Below, one piece after another: positions 1-8,537 of a stretch of 44,086 bases of DNA. The first letter of the stretch is position 1. Each line of letters starts with the position of its first letter. Both the position numbers and the translations under genes were made by a program. Origin of the DNA: Myxococcota bacterium (GTDB lineage Bacteria; Myxococcota_A; UBA9160; PR03); contig JBFGJV010000001.1 of the NCBI GenBank assembly GCA_041577015.1, positions 1 to 44,086 on the forward strand, in the 5' to 3' direction. The notes below the pieces were generated by a model. That model was not told the origin of the DNA and ran no database searches. It saw only the letters and a list, made by a program, of their open reading frames with translations.

Positions 1-620
1 AAGCCCGGGCTGGAGAGGATCTCCTCGTGCACGAAGCGTGGCACCTTGTAGCGGGCCCCGCGCAGGCGGCGTTCGGCGCGCTCGAGCGCCAGCGCCGCCT
101 GGCGCGCCACGAACTCAGACAGGCCGGTGGTCTCGGCCCCGTCGACGCCACATGCGGCCTGCCAGCGTCCGCGCAGCTCGGAGAGCGGCGCCGGCTCGCC
201 GGACACCACCTGGCAACGCTCGGGCGAGCGGGCTCGGATCCAGCGCTGGCGCAGTCGACCCGGGTCGCGGGGATCTCCCAGCAGCAGCAGCTCCCAGAAG
301 CCCAGGCGCTCGCCCCCGTCGCGGCGTCGCGCCGGCAGCCAGGCCACCCGCAGCGGAGCCAGCAGCGGATCGTCGCCCGCGGCGAGCAGCACCTGGAGCC
401 GCTTCTCGGGTGTTGCGTTTCGCCGGCGCCGGCGGGAGGGTGGGATCGCCGCGGCGTCGAAGCCGGCGTGCTCCGGTGCCTCCCGCTCGATCCACGCCTG
501 GAGCACGCGCCGCTCGAGACCGCTCGACGCGTCGAGCAGGAACACGATCCGCCGCCCTTCTGCGGCGGGCCACGAGGCGGCGTCCGTACCCCGCGTGTCG
601 CTAGCCTCCGCCCGAGCCAT
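1..620 (-). CDS. 5' part of a PlsB-like glycerol-3-phosphate acyltransferase; the gene runs off the left edge
   Basis: Edge-truncated, so absent from the ORF track. The reverse strand from ATG at 620-618 reads MARAEASDTRGTDAASWPAAEGRRIVFLLDASSGLERRVLQAWIEREAPE...LLAAGDDPLLAPLRVAWLPARRRDG...ALERAERRLRGARYKVPRFVHEEILSSPG, with GC-rich third positions. These blocks resemble the PlsB N-terminal region as I recall it. The listed ORFs at 27-717 are Arg/Pro/Ala-rich off-frame artefacts. Confidence 0.55.
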   Translation of the reverse strand, partial: MARAEASDTRGTDAASWPAAEGRRIVFLLDASSGLERRVLQAWIEREAPEHAGFDAAAIPPSRRRRRNATPEKRLQVLLAAGDDPLLAPLRVAWLPARRRDGGERLGFWELLLLGDPRDPGRLRQRWIRARSPERCQVVSGEPAPLSELRGRWQAACGVDGAETTGLSEFVARQAALALERAERRLRGARYKVPRFVHEEILSSPG

Positions 621-713
621 CCCCGCGATTGTATCCCGATTCCGCGCCGGCCTTGGCGGCCGATCGCAAGAGCAGGGTAGGATCGGGCCCTTGCGCGTCG
701 GGGAGGGTGTCGG

Positions 714-2030
714 GTGACCGGCGTGTTGGGTAGGCGGCGCTGCACCCCGGAGCAGGCGGCCGGGCACGTGCGATCGGAGGACGTCCTCGCGATTCCGGTG
801 GGCACCGGGCAGCCGTCGGCGTTCCTCCACGCCCTTGGCGAGCGTGACGACTTCCGACGCCTGGTGGTCTTCTCGGCGCTGGTGACCGAGCCCTACCGCC
901 TCTTCACCCGTCCGGGCGTGCGGCTGCTCTCGGGCTTCTTCGGTCCCCTGGAGCGGGCCTGGGCGGCGGCGGGGCACGACGTGCACTTCGTTCCCGCGGA
1001 CTTCCGCCGCTTCCACGCCATCGCCCGTCGTCTCGCTCCGCGGGTGATGGCCACGCTCGCCACACCCCCGGACGCCGAGGGACGCATGAGTCTCTCCCTG
1101 CACGCCGGAGCGACGGTGGAGGCGCTGCACGCCGCCGGACGCGACCCGGAGCGGCTGCTCGTGGTGGAGGCGAACCCCAGGCTGCCGCGTACGCTCGGGC
1201 TTCCGCCCGACCATCCCCATGCGCTCCACGTGGACGAGGTGGACCTCCTGGTGGAGAGCGAGCGGCCGCTCTTCGAGATCCTGGACCCCGAGCCCACTTC
1301 GGTGCAGCGTGCCATCGCCGAGCACGTGCTCGAGCTGGTGCCCGACGGCGCCACGCTACAGACCGGCATCGGCGGCGTTCCCTCGGAGGTCGCCGAGCTT
1401 CTGGCCCAGGGACCCGGCACCGACTTCGGCATCCACACCGAGATGTTCACCACCGGGCTGATGCGGCTCCACCAGGCCGGCAAGATCACCAACCGCAAGG
1501 GCATCCACGACGGGTACTCCGTCACCACCTTCGCGGCCGGGCCCGCAGAACTCTACGCATGGCTGGACGGGTGCGAGAGCGTGCGGTTCCTGCCCGTGTC
1601 GCTCGTGAACGATCCGTCGGTAATCGCACGCAACCGGCGCATGGTTTCCATCAACGCCGCGCTCGCCGTGGACCTGCTGGGCCAGGTGATGGCGGACACG
1701 ATCGACGGCCGACAGCACTCCGGCATCGGCGGTCACGAGGACTTCGTCACGGGCCCTGCCTTCTCCGAGGGCGGCCGCTCGCTGGTGTGCCTGCCGTCCA
1801 CCGTCGAGGTGGACGGCAGGACCCTCTCGCGCATCGTCGCGACGCTTCCCGCCGGGGCGGCGGTGACCACCCCTCGACACCAGGTGGACGTGGTGGTGAC
1901 GGAGTGGGGCGCCGCAGAGCTCGCCGGACGCAGCGTGGAGGAGCGTGCGCGGGCGCTCTTGCGCGTGGCGCATCCGGACTTCCGCGACGAGCTGCACGCG
2001 GAGGCGGCGCGTCGCTTCGGGTTGAGCTAA
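714..2030 (+). CDS. Acetyl-CoA hydrolase/transferase family protein (4-hydroxybutyrate CoA-transferase-like)
   Basis: 438-aa ORF with a GTG start preceded by GGGGAGGG at 6-nt spacing. Family-typical blocks are present: LQTGIGGVPSEV, HTEMFTTG, VSINAALAVDLLGQV, SGIGGHEDF, VVTEWG. Confidence 0.8.
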   Translation: MTGVLGRRRCTPEQAAGHVRSEDVLAIPVGTGQPSAFLHALGERDDFRRLVVFSALVTEPYRLFTRPGVRLLSGFFGPLERAWAAAGHDVHFVPADFRRFHAIARRLAPRVMATLATPPDAEGRMSLSLHAGATVEALHAAGRDPERLLVVEANPRLPRTLGLPPDHPHALHVDEVDLLVESERPLFEILDPEPTSVQRAIAEHVLELVPDGATLQTGIGGVPSEVAELLAQGPGTDFGIHTEMFTTGLMRLHQAGKITNRKGIHDGYSVTTFAAGPAELYAWLDGCESVRFLPVSLVNDPSVIARNRRMVSINAALAVDLLGQVMADTIDGRQHSGIGGHEDFVTGPAFSEGGRSLVCLPSTVEVDGRTLSRIVATLPAGAAVTTPRHQVDVVVTEWGAAELAGRSVEERARALLRVAHPDFRDELHAEAARRFGLS

Positions 2031-2039
2031 CCAGCCTCC

Positions 2040-3500
2040 ATGTCGCGCGGCACCCGGTGGCTGCACGAGGCCTGGATCCTGGTGGTGGCCGGGCTGGCCT
2101 GGTTCGCCTCGGCCTCCTCGGGCGGCTGGGTGGCGTACCTGTTCGCGGCGCTTCCGGGCTCGATGCTGCTCTCGGCCGGCGTGGCCACCGGCCTCTGGCC
2201 GGCCGATCCTCGCGCCATTCACTTCGGCGCCCTGGGCGGCGCGGCCGGCACGCTGATCGGTCTGTTCTCTTTCCTGTGGGCCGGCCCGTTGTGGGCCGTG
2301 GCGCTGACCGCGCTCTCGGCGGCGTCCTTCCTGCTCGTGGGCCACCTGGGGGCGCGGGCGATTCCCGAGGCGGAGGAGGTGCCTGCGTCGCGGCGCTCCC
2401 CCCTCTTCGCCGCCGAGGTGGCGGTGGACGAGGGTCTGCTCGGCGCCATGAACATGCACCTGCTCGGCACCATGAACCTGGCGCTCCCCATGGCGCTGCG
2501 GGCCCGACGCCAGGGCATCCTGGACGAGGCGCGCGAGGCCGTGGATCTGTTCCGCGAGCGCGGCTGGCTGGAGGATCCCGCCGCCTACCACCCGGCGCCG
2601 CCCCCGCTGGAGAAGGTGGAGCTACGCGGACGCCGTGCGCGCGGGCTCTCGTTCGAGCACCTGACCTTCGAGAGCGGCTACGAGCCGCGCCCGGAGGAGC
2701 CGGGACGCGAACGCTGGCTCTCCTACCAGCCCTGTCGCACGGCCCACGCCTGGCTGCTGCGACACCCGGAGCCCGGCCGTCCCTGGCTGGTGTGCATCCA
2801 CGGCTATCAGATGGGCCGTCCGCTGGTGGACCTGCCGGCCTTCCGCGCGGCCTGGCTCTACCGGCGCATGGGGCTGAACCTGGCCTTCCCCGTGCTTCCG
2901 CTTCACGGGCCGCGCATGGTCGGCATGGTGAGCGGCGACGGCTTCCTCTCCGGCGATCTGTTGGACACCGTGCACGCCGAGGCGCAGGCCATGTGGGACA
3001 TTCGGCGTCTGATCGCGTGGATCCGCGCCCAGGGCGCCACCGCGGTGGGCGTGGCCGGCCTCTCCCTGGGCGGCTACAACGCCGCGCTGCTGGCCTCCCT
3101 GGAGGACGGCCTGGCCTGTGCCATTCCGGGCATCCCTCTGGCGGACGTGGCGCGCATGTACTGGTGGCACGGTCCGCCCCGGGACATGATCGAGGCGGAG
3201 CGCGCCGGGCTCGGTCGCGCGGTGATGGAGCAGGTGCTGCGCCCGGTGGCGCCGCTGGCGCTCACGCCGCGCGTGCCCAAGGAGCGTCGCTACATCTTCG
3301 GCGGCACCGCCGACCGGCTGGTCCCGCCCGAGCAGGTTCGTGACCTGTGGCGTCACTGGGGGCGGCCCAAGATCCTCTGGTACCCGGGCGCGCACGTCAC
3401 CTTCCTGCTGCACGCCTCCGTGCGCCGCTTCATCGCGCAGGCCCTCTACGAGTCGGGTCTCGCGGCCAGCGAGCCGCCGCGACGCGTCGCCAGCGCGTGA
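2040..3500 (+). CDS. Membrane-anchored alpha/beta hydrolase
   Basis: 486 aa. The N-terminal ~110 aa are hydrophobic with several predicted TM helices. They are followed by an alpha/beta-hydrolase fold with the nucleophile elbow GVAGLSLGGYNAA. Confidence 0.7.
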   Translation: MSRGTRWLHEAWILVVAGLAWFASASSGGWVAYLFAALPGSMLLSAGVATGLWPADPRAIHFGALGGAAGTLIGLFSFLWAGPLWAVALTALSAASFLLVGHLGARAIPEAEEVPASRRSPLFAAEVAVDEGLLGAMNMHLLGTMNLALPMALRARRQGILDEAREAVDLFRERGWLEDPAAYHPAPPPLEKVELRGRRARGLSFEHLTFESGYEPRPEEPGRERWLSYQPCRTAHAWLLRHPEPGRPWLVCIHGYQMGRPLVDLPAFRAAWLYRRMGLNLAFPVLPLHGPRMVGMVSGDGFLSGDLLDTVHAEAQAMWDIRRLIAWIRAQGATAVGVAGLSLGGYNAALLASLEDGLACAIPGIPLADVARMYWWHGPPRDMIEAERAGLGRAVMEQVLRPVAPLALTPRVPKERRYIFGGTADRLVPPEQVRDLWRHWGRPKILWYPGAHVTFLLHASVRRFIAQALYESGLAASEPPRRVASA

Positions 3501-4852
3501 AGGATGCGCGCGTGGGCTGCGCGGGAGAGCGGGTAGTCCCGGGCGGCCCACGCTCCCAAGGCCACGAAGGCCAGCGGCGCCACCGCGGTGAGCGCCCGGA
3601 TCGCCTGCACCGCGCTCTCCGGCTGCGCCGCGCCCTCGCCCCGGAAGTCCGCCGCCTCCAGCACCACGCCGGCCAGCAGCACGCCGGTGGGTCCGCTGAT
3701 CTTCCGGAGCAGCATGAACGAGCCCGCGTAGAGCCCCTCGCGCCGCTCGCCGCTCTCGACCTCGTCTTCGTCCACCACGTCCCCGAGCATCGACCAGGGC
3801 ATCATCTCGATCGCCGCGTACGCCACGCCGGCGAAGGCGGCCATGGCGAAGACCAGCAGGCGAGGCCAGGAGGGGTTGGCTGCCAGGAACGCGATCTGGA
3901 GCACCATCCACATCACGCACGCCGCCAGGAACAGGCTCCGCTTGTCCGTGCGATGCGAGACCTTCACCCACGCCGGCAGCGAGACCAGCACGAAGACCAG
4001 CAGCAGGCCCATGCTGATCTCGAAGTCGCCCGGCCGGCGTAGCCAGTACTCGAAGTAGAAGATCAGCATGGCCATGGCCAGATCCACGGCCATGCGCGAG
4101 AAGAGGTACAGCATCGCGACGGCGCGGTAGGCGTGGTGGTGGAAGAGCTCCCGAACCGCGCGGAAGAAGGGCGCGTGCTTCGGGCGCCGAAAGCCCTCCC
4201 GCTCGAAGCTGGCCGCGTACACGGCGATCCAAGGCAGGGCGCACCAGATGCCGTAGACGAGCCCGGCGCCCGCGAACCCGCGCGAGCCGCCGCCCAGAAG
4301 GTCGGCCAGCGGACGCAGCCCCACCGCCACGACCAGGGCTCCCGCCATGGCGCCGGCGCCCCGGAAGCTGTTCAGGCTGGTGCGCTCCTGGTAGTCGAAG
4401 GCCATCTCGGGGATCAACGCCAGGTAGGGCACCGAGAGCACGGTCACCGTCAGGCTGAATCCCAGGTAGGCCAGCGAGTAGTAGACGAAGAGCGCCGTCT
4501 GGCTCTGGAAGGGCACGTCCAGCCACATGAGCGCGTAGGCGGCGCCGTAGGGAAGGGCGCCGAGCAGGAAGTACGGGCGCCGTCGCCCCAGCCTCCAGTT
4601 CGTGTTGTCGGAGATGCGGCCCATCAACGGGTCGGTGAAGGCGTCCGCCAGCCGACCCACCCACAACACCAGACCGGCCAGGCTCGGCCGCATGCCCACC
4701 ACCTCGGTCAGGAAGAACAGGTAGTGGAAGGCGAGCGCGGCGAAGCCGATGTTGACGGTGTGATCGCCGAGGGCGTAGACGGCCTTCTGCAGCGTCGGCA
4801 GCGTGCGCGTGGACGGGGAGGGCGCCGGACCGGCGTCGCGGATCGTCTCCAC
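3446..4852 (-). CDS. GPH-family (MFS_2, MelB-like) cation symporter
   Basis: Matches the GPH N-terminal signature: YALGDHTVNIGFAALAFHYLFFLTEVVGM...LVLWVGRLADAFTDPLMGRISDNT..GRRRPY. I trimmed the start from the listed 5191 to GTG 4852, which is preceded by GGAGGG at 6-nt spacing. GTG 4873 is an alternative start. Confidence 0.75.
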   Translation of the reverse strand: METIRDAGPAPSPSTRTLPTLQKAVYALGDHTVNIGFAALAFHYLFFLTEVVGMRPSLAGLVLWVGRLADAFTDPLMGRISDNTNWRLGRRRPYFLLGALPYGAAYALMWLDVPFQSQTALFVYYSLAYLGFSLTVTVLSVPYLALIPEMAFDYQERTSLNSFRGAGAMAGALVVAVGLRPLADLLGGGSRGFAGAGLVYGIWCALPWIAVYAASFEREGFRRPKHAPFFRAVRELFHHHAYRAVAMLYLFSRMAVDLAMAMLIFYFEYWLRRPGDFEISMGLLLVFVLVSLPAWVKVSHRTDKRSLFLAACVMWMVLQIAFLAANPSWPRLLVFAMAAFAGVAYAAIEMMPWSMLGDVVDEDEVESGERREGLYAGSFMLLRKISGPTGVLLAGVVLEAADFRGEGAAQPESAVQAIRALTAVAPLAFVALGAWAARDYPLSRAAHARILHALATRRGGSLAARPDS

Positions 4853-5002
4853 CGTCGTCCCTCCGTCGCCCACGGGCGAGCCGCTGATTCTACCCTGGGG
4901 CCGCCCGTGGCCGCCGTTGACCGGCTCCGCGCACCTCTCTAGCCTCGTGCGGCCTTCCCTCGCCTCCCCGACGCGTGCCTCCGGAACGGGGAATCGGAAG
5001 AC

Positions 5003-6541
5003 GTGACGGACCTTCTCGAGCGGCTCTCGGGCTTCGTGTGGGGCCCGTGGCTCCTCATCCCGCTCCTGGTCGGGACCGGCCTCTACCTGACGGTGCTGCT
5101 CCGCGGGCTCCAGTTCCGCGAGCTCGGACACTCCCTGTGGCTGGGGCTGGTGGTCCGCCGCGAGCGGGGTGCCGAGGGCGACATCTCGCACTTCCAGGCG
5201 CTCATGACCGCGCTGGCGGCGACCGTGGGCACGGGCAACATCGCCGGCGTGGCCACCGCCATCGCCGCGGGAGGCCCGGGCGCACTGTTCTGGATGTGGG
5301 TCACGGGGCTCGTCGGCATGGCCACCAAGTACGCCGAGGCCCTGCTATCGGTGCGCTTCCGCGAGGTGGACGCGCGCGGGCACATGTCGGGGGGGCCCAT
5401 GTACTTCCTGGCGCGCGGCATCCGCTGGCGAGGTGTGGGGCGCGCGCTGGGGGTCTTCTTCGCGGCCGCCGCCGCCGTTGCCGCCTTCGGCATCGGCAAC
5501 GGCGTCCAGTCCCAGGAGGTGGGGAGTGCACTGCGCGCCACCTTCGGCCTGAACCCGCTGCACACGAGCCTGGTCATCGCGGTGCTCGTGGCCGCGGTGA
5601 TCCTGGGCGGCATCAAGGCGATCGGTCGCTTCGCCGCGCTCTTCGTGCCCGCCATGATGCTGCTCTACGGAGTCGGCGCGCTGGTGATCCTGGCGCGCAA
5701 CGCCGAGCTGATCCCGTCCGCGCTGGCCACGGTGTTCCAGGGCGCCCTGGGCCCCACGGCCCTGGCGGGCGGAGCGCTGGGGGCATCGGTCTCGGCGGCG
5801 GTGCGCTTCGGCGTGGCGCGCGGGATCTTCTCCAACGAGAGCGGGCTCGGGTCGGCGGGGATCGCGGCCGCCGCGGCCGCCACGCGCTCTCCCGTGCGCC
5901 AGGCGCTGGTGTCGATGACACAGACCTTCATCGACACCATCGTGATCTGCACGCTGACGGGTCTGGTGATCCTGACCACGCTCCTGGGCGACCTGCGCCG
6001 CGCCGGCGAGGTGGATCCGGCCGAGCTGGAGCGCGTCACCGCCCGTCTGGAGCAGGCGCGGGAGACCGGACTCCTCGACCCGATGGACCGCGCCTTCGAC
6101 GAGCGCGTGGCCGAGGTGGCACCCGAGGCCGGGGCGCTGGCGAACGTGGCGCGCTGGAAGCTGGTGAGCGGCGCCGAGTGGACGACCCTGGCCTTCCGCG
6201 AGAGCCTGCCCGGCAACACCGGCGGCGTGATCGTCTCGCTGGGGCTGGCGCTCTTCGCCTTCTCCACGATCCTCGGCTGGAGCTACTACGGGGAGAAGTC
6301 GCTCCAGTACCTGTTCGGGCTGGGCGTCGTGATTCCCTACCGGCTGCTCTTCGCCGCCATGGTGGTGATCGGGCCGCTCGTCTTCGGCCGTGCCATCTGG
6401 CTGTTCTCGGACCTGATGAACGGTCTCATGGCGCTGCCGAACCTGATCGGCCTTCTCGTTCTCTCGGGTCTCGTGGCCGCGGACACGCGCGCCTATCTGG
6501 GTACCCGCACCCGCGAGCAGGAGTCGCTCGAGGTGCGGTAG
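5003..6541 (+). CDS. Alanine/glycine:cation symporter (AGCS family)
   Basis: 512 aa. Family blocks present: [69 protein letters not shown]. It carries an extra hydrophilic segment (see findings). Confidence 0.8.
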   Translation: MTDLLERLSGFVWGPWLLIPLLVGTGLYLTVLLRGLQFRELGHSLWLGLVVRRERGAEGDISHFQALMTALAATVGTGNIAGVATAIAAGGPGALFWMWVTGLVGMATKYAEALLSVRFREVDARGHMSGGPMYFLARGIRWRGVGRALGVFFAAAAAVAAFGIGNGVQSQEVGSALRATFGLNPLHTSLVIAVLVAAVILGGIKAIGRFAALFVPAMMLLYGVGALVILARNAELIPSALATVFQGALGPTALAGGALGASVSAAVRFGVARGIFSNESGLGSAGIAAAAAATRSPVRQALVSMTQTFIDTIVICTLTGLVILTTLLGDLRRAGEVDPAELERVTARLEQARETGLLDPMDRAFDERVAEVAPEAGALANVARWKLVSGAEWTTLAFRESLPGNTGGVIVSLGLALFAFSTILGWSYYGEKSLQYLFGLGVVIPYRLLFAAMVVIGPLVFGRAIWLFSDLMNGLMALPNLIGLLVLSGLVAADTRAYLGTRTREQESLEVR

Positions 6542-6556
6542 GCCGCCGGCGCGCGG

Positions 6557-7441
6557 CTAGGTTCGATCCAGGAGCAGGAGCGCGACGCCTGCGCCCATCA
6601 GGCAGGCAGCGAGCAGGCGTCGCGGAAGGTCCTTCTCCGCGAAGAAGGCGACGCCGATCAGGACGGCGAGGACGTTGCCGCCGGCGCGCTTCACGGCGTC
6701 CACGTAGGCCACGTAGAGGTAGCGGTAGCTGGCGAACTGGAGCAGCAGGGCGAGGGCGCCCGCCGCGCCGGCCAGGAGCAGCCACGTCGCCAGCGTCCGC
6801 CGCGTGGCCAGCTCGCGCCGCACGGAGGGCAGGGCGAGCAGCACGGACGCGATGGTACCGGTCAGAAGCAGGGCGTAGACCGGCTCGGAGGCGCGCAGGA
6901 TCGCGAGCCGGTCCAGCGCGTTGGTGAGCGCGAAGAGACCGGCCACGCCCAGCATGAGGCGGCTGCCGCGCTCCCGCGCCAGTGCGCGCCAGGGCGTGCG
7001 CCAGGCCTCCCGGGTCGGGAGCCCGAGCAGGAGCGCGCCCGCGGCCACCGCCGCCACGCCCACGACGCCGAGGCGACCCGGAAGTTGCCCCAGCAGCAGC
7101 GCTCCGACGGCGAGCGTCGCCACCGGGGTGAAGCTCAGGTAGGGGACCGTCAGCGAGAGCGGCGAGACGCGCACCGCCGCCACGAAGAGCAGGTTCGCGG
7201 CGGCCGTGAGCGCCGCGGCGAGGAGCGTGAGCGGTACGAAGCCCGGCGCGATCTCCGGCCATCCCGTACCCCAGGCGAGCGACGCGTGGATCGGGAGCTG
7301 CGGCAGCGTGATGCCCAGCAGGATCGCGGACGCCGAGAGACCATCGGCCAGGCGCTTGCGCAGCGCGTCCAGCACGGACCAGGCCAGCGCGGACCCGAGC
7401 GCCAGCGCGGCCCCGATCAGCGCGGGAGCGGGGGCCTCCAT
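6557..7441 (-). CDS. EamA/DMT-family transporter
   Basis: About 10 hydrophobic helices with an EamA-like repeat. I trimmed the listed ORF (to 7570) to ATG 7441 (MEAPAPALIGAALALGSALAWS...), because the upstream part is Arg/Ser-rich and overlaps the divergent gene. Confidence 0.65.
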   Translation of the reverse strand: MEAPAPALIGAALALGSALAWSVLDALRKRLADGLSASAILLGITLPQLPIHASLAWGTGWPEIAPGFVPLTLLAAALTAAANLLFVAAVRVSPLSLTVPYLSFTPVATLAVGALLLGQLPGRLGVVGVAAVAAGALLLGLPTREAWRTPWRALARERGSRLMLGVAGLFALTNALDRLAILRASEPVYALLLTGTIASVLLALPSVRRELATRRTLATWLLLAGAAGALALLLQFASYRYLYVAYVDAVKRAGGNVLAVLIGVAFFAEKDLPRRLLAACLMGAGVALLLLDRT

Positions 7442-8018
7442 GGTGGTCGCGCACGCTAGCTGCGGGCTAGGCTCGCTGCAAAGAGGCCCGAAGCTGCAGA
7501 CCAACCTCGAGATCAAGGCGCGCACCGCGGACCCGGCGCGGCTGCGCGAGCGCGCCCGCCGGCTGGCCACGGCCCGGGTCGGCCTCGAGGCCCAGACGGA
7601 TACCTACTTCCGCACCGCCGCCGGGCGGCTCAAGCTCCGCGAGTCGTCGCGAGCGGGAGCCGAGCTCGTGGCCTACGAGCGGCCCGACGTCCCGGATGCC
7701 CGTTGGTCTCGCTACGTGGTGGTCCCGGTGGAGGATCCCAAGGGCCTGGGCGAGCTGCTCTCGCGGATCCTGGGCGTGCACCGCGTGGTGCGCAAGCAGC
7801 GGGAGGTGCTGCTGTACCGGAACGTGCGCATCCACCTGGATCGCGTGGATGGACTCGGGAGCTTCGTGGAGCTGGAGGCCGTGCAGGAGGAGCAGCTGTC
7901 CGACGAGGTGCAGCGGGAGCGCGTGGCCTACCTGATGCGCGAGCTCGGGATCCGCCGGGCGGACCTCGTCGCCTCGTCCTACGAGGCGCTCCTGGAGCCG
8001 GAGCCCGGTGACGGCTGA
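7440..8018 (+). CDS. CYTH-domain protein / class IV adenylate cyclase-like (CyaB family)
   Basis: NLEIKAR...QTDTYF..AAGRLKLRE....ELVAYERPD....S.Y...V.DP..L..LL...LGV...V.K.REVLLYRNVRIHLDRVDGLGSFVELE matches the CyaB/CYTH pattern. The start is uncertain. ATG 7440 and GTG 7443/7446 are the only canonical in-frame starts before the NLEIKAR block. Confidence 0.7.
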   Translation: MVVAHASCGLGSLQRGPKLQTNLEIKARTADPARLRERARRLATARVGLEAQTDTYFRTAAGRLKLRESSRAGAELVAYERPDVPDARWSRYVVVPVEDPKGLGELLSRILGVHRVVRKQREVLLYRNVRIHLDRVDGLGSFVELEAVQEEQLSDEVQRERVAYLMRELGIRRADLVASSYEALLEPEPGDG

Positions 8019-8461
8019 GGTGCAGGGCTCTCCAGCGCCACCTCGTCCTTCTCCGCGATCTCCGGATCCACCTCGAGCTCCGGGAGCGGCTCCAGGTCCT
8101 CGAGGCTCACGCCGCCCGCTCCCGCCTCGAGCGGCAGCGGGGCCTCCTCCAGGCCGCCGGCCAAGGCGCTCGAGCCATCGGGAGAGAACGAGCGGGCGCC
8201 CTCGGCCAGGTGGTCGTAGACGGCGCGGTACTGCAGGGTCATGCGGCGCAGCAGGTCGGACGTGCGTCCGAAGTGCTCGCCGACCTGAGCGCGATAGCGT
8301 CCGTGCTCCTCGCGGGCGGACTCGAGCTCCCGCTGCAGGGCCCGCACGCGCGCCGCGTGCTCGCCACTGCGTCGGCCGAAGAGCCATCCCAGGAGCGCCC
8401 CGAGCGCCAGGCCACCGGCGACGGCCCCCACGAGCTGCCAGGAAATCGTCGAGAGATCCAC
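7979..8461 (-). CDS. YhcB/ZapG-like (DUF1043) inner-membrane protein
   Basis: 160 aa with an N-terminal TM helix followed by a coiled region. HFGRTSDLLRRMTLQYRAVYDHLAEGARSF resembles E. coli YhcB (HFARSAELLDTMAHDYRQLYQHMA). The C-terminal tail is acidic. Confidence 0.65.
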   Translation of the reverse strand: MDLSTISWQLVGAVAGGLALGALLGWLFGRRSGEHAARVRALQRELESAREEHGRYRAQVGEHFGRTSDLLRRMTLQYRAVYDHLAEGARSFSPDGSSALAGGLEEAPLPLEAGAGGVSLEDLEPLPELEVDPEIAEKDEVALESPAPQPSPGSGSRSAS

Positions 8462-8537
8462 GAGCTCCCCCTCCCGGGCCGCAGGGCCGTCGGACCGTGG
8501 ACCCCGGCATTCTACGCGATTCGCCTAGACTCCCGCC

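Noticed and set aside
27-717. Four overlapping plus- and minus-strand ORFs listed at the left edge.
   Set aside because: All are Arg/Pro/Ala-rich. The unlisted, edge-truncated minus-strand frame ending at ATG 620 gives a sensible PlsB-like sequence with GC-rich third positions.
4874-5002. Possible glycine riboswitch upstream of the AGCS (alanine/glycine symporter) gene.
   Set aside because: I could not find the conserved glycine-aptamer cores (GGAGAG...CACCG...GGGGCAA-type elements) in this 129-nt spacer. Only vague resemblance is present (CTCCGGAACGGGGAA).
5450-5480. GCC/GCG trinucleotide-rich stretches, for example GCGGCCGCCGCCGCCGTTGCCGCC, considered as possible tandem repeats.
   Set aside because: They lie in frame within coding sequence and encode poly-Ala in TM helices. 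This is a compositional consequence of high GC rather than a structured repeat.
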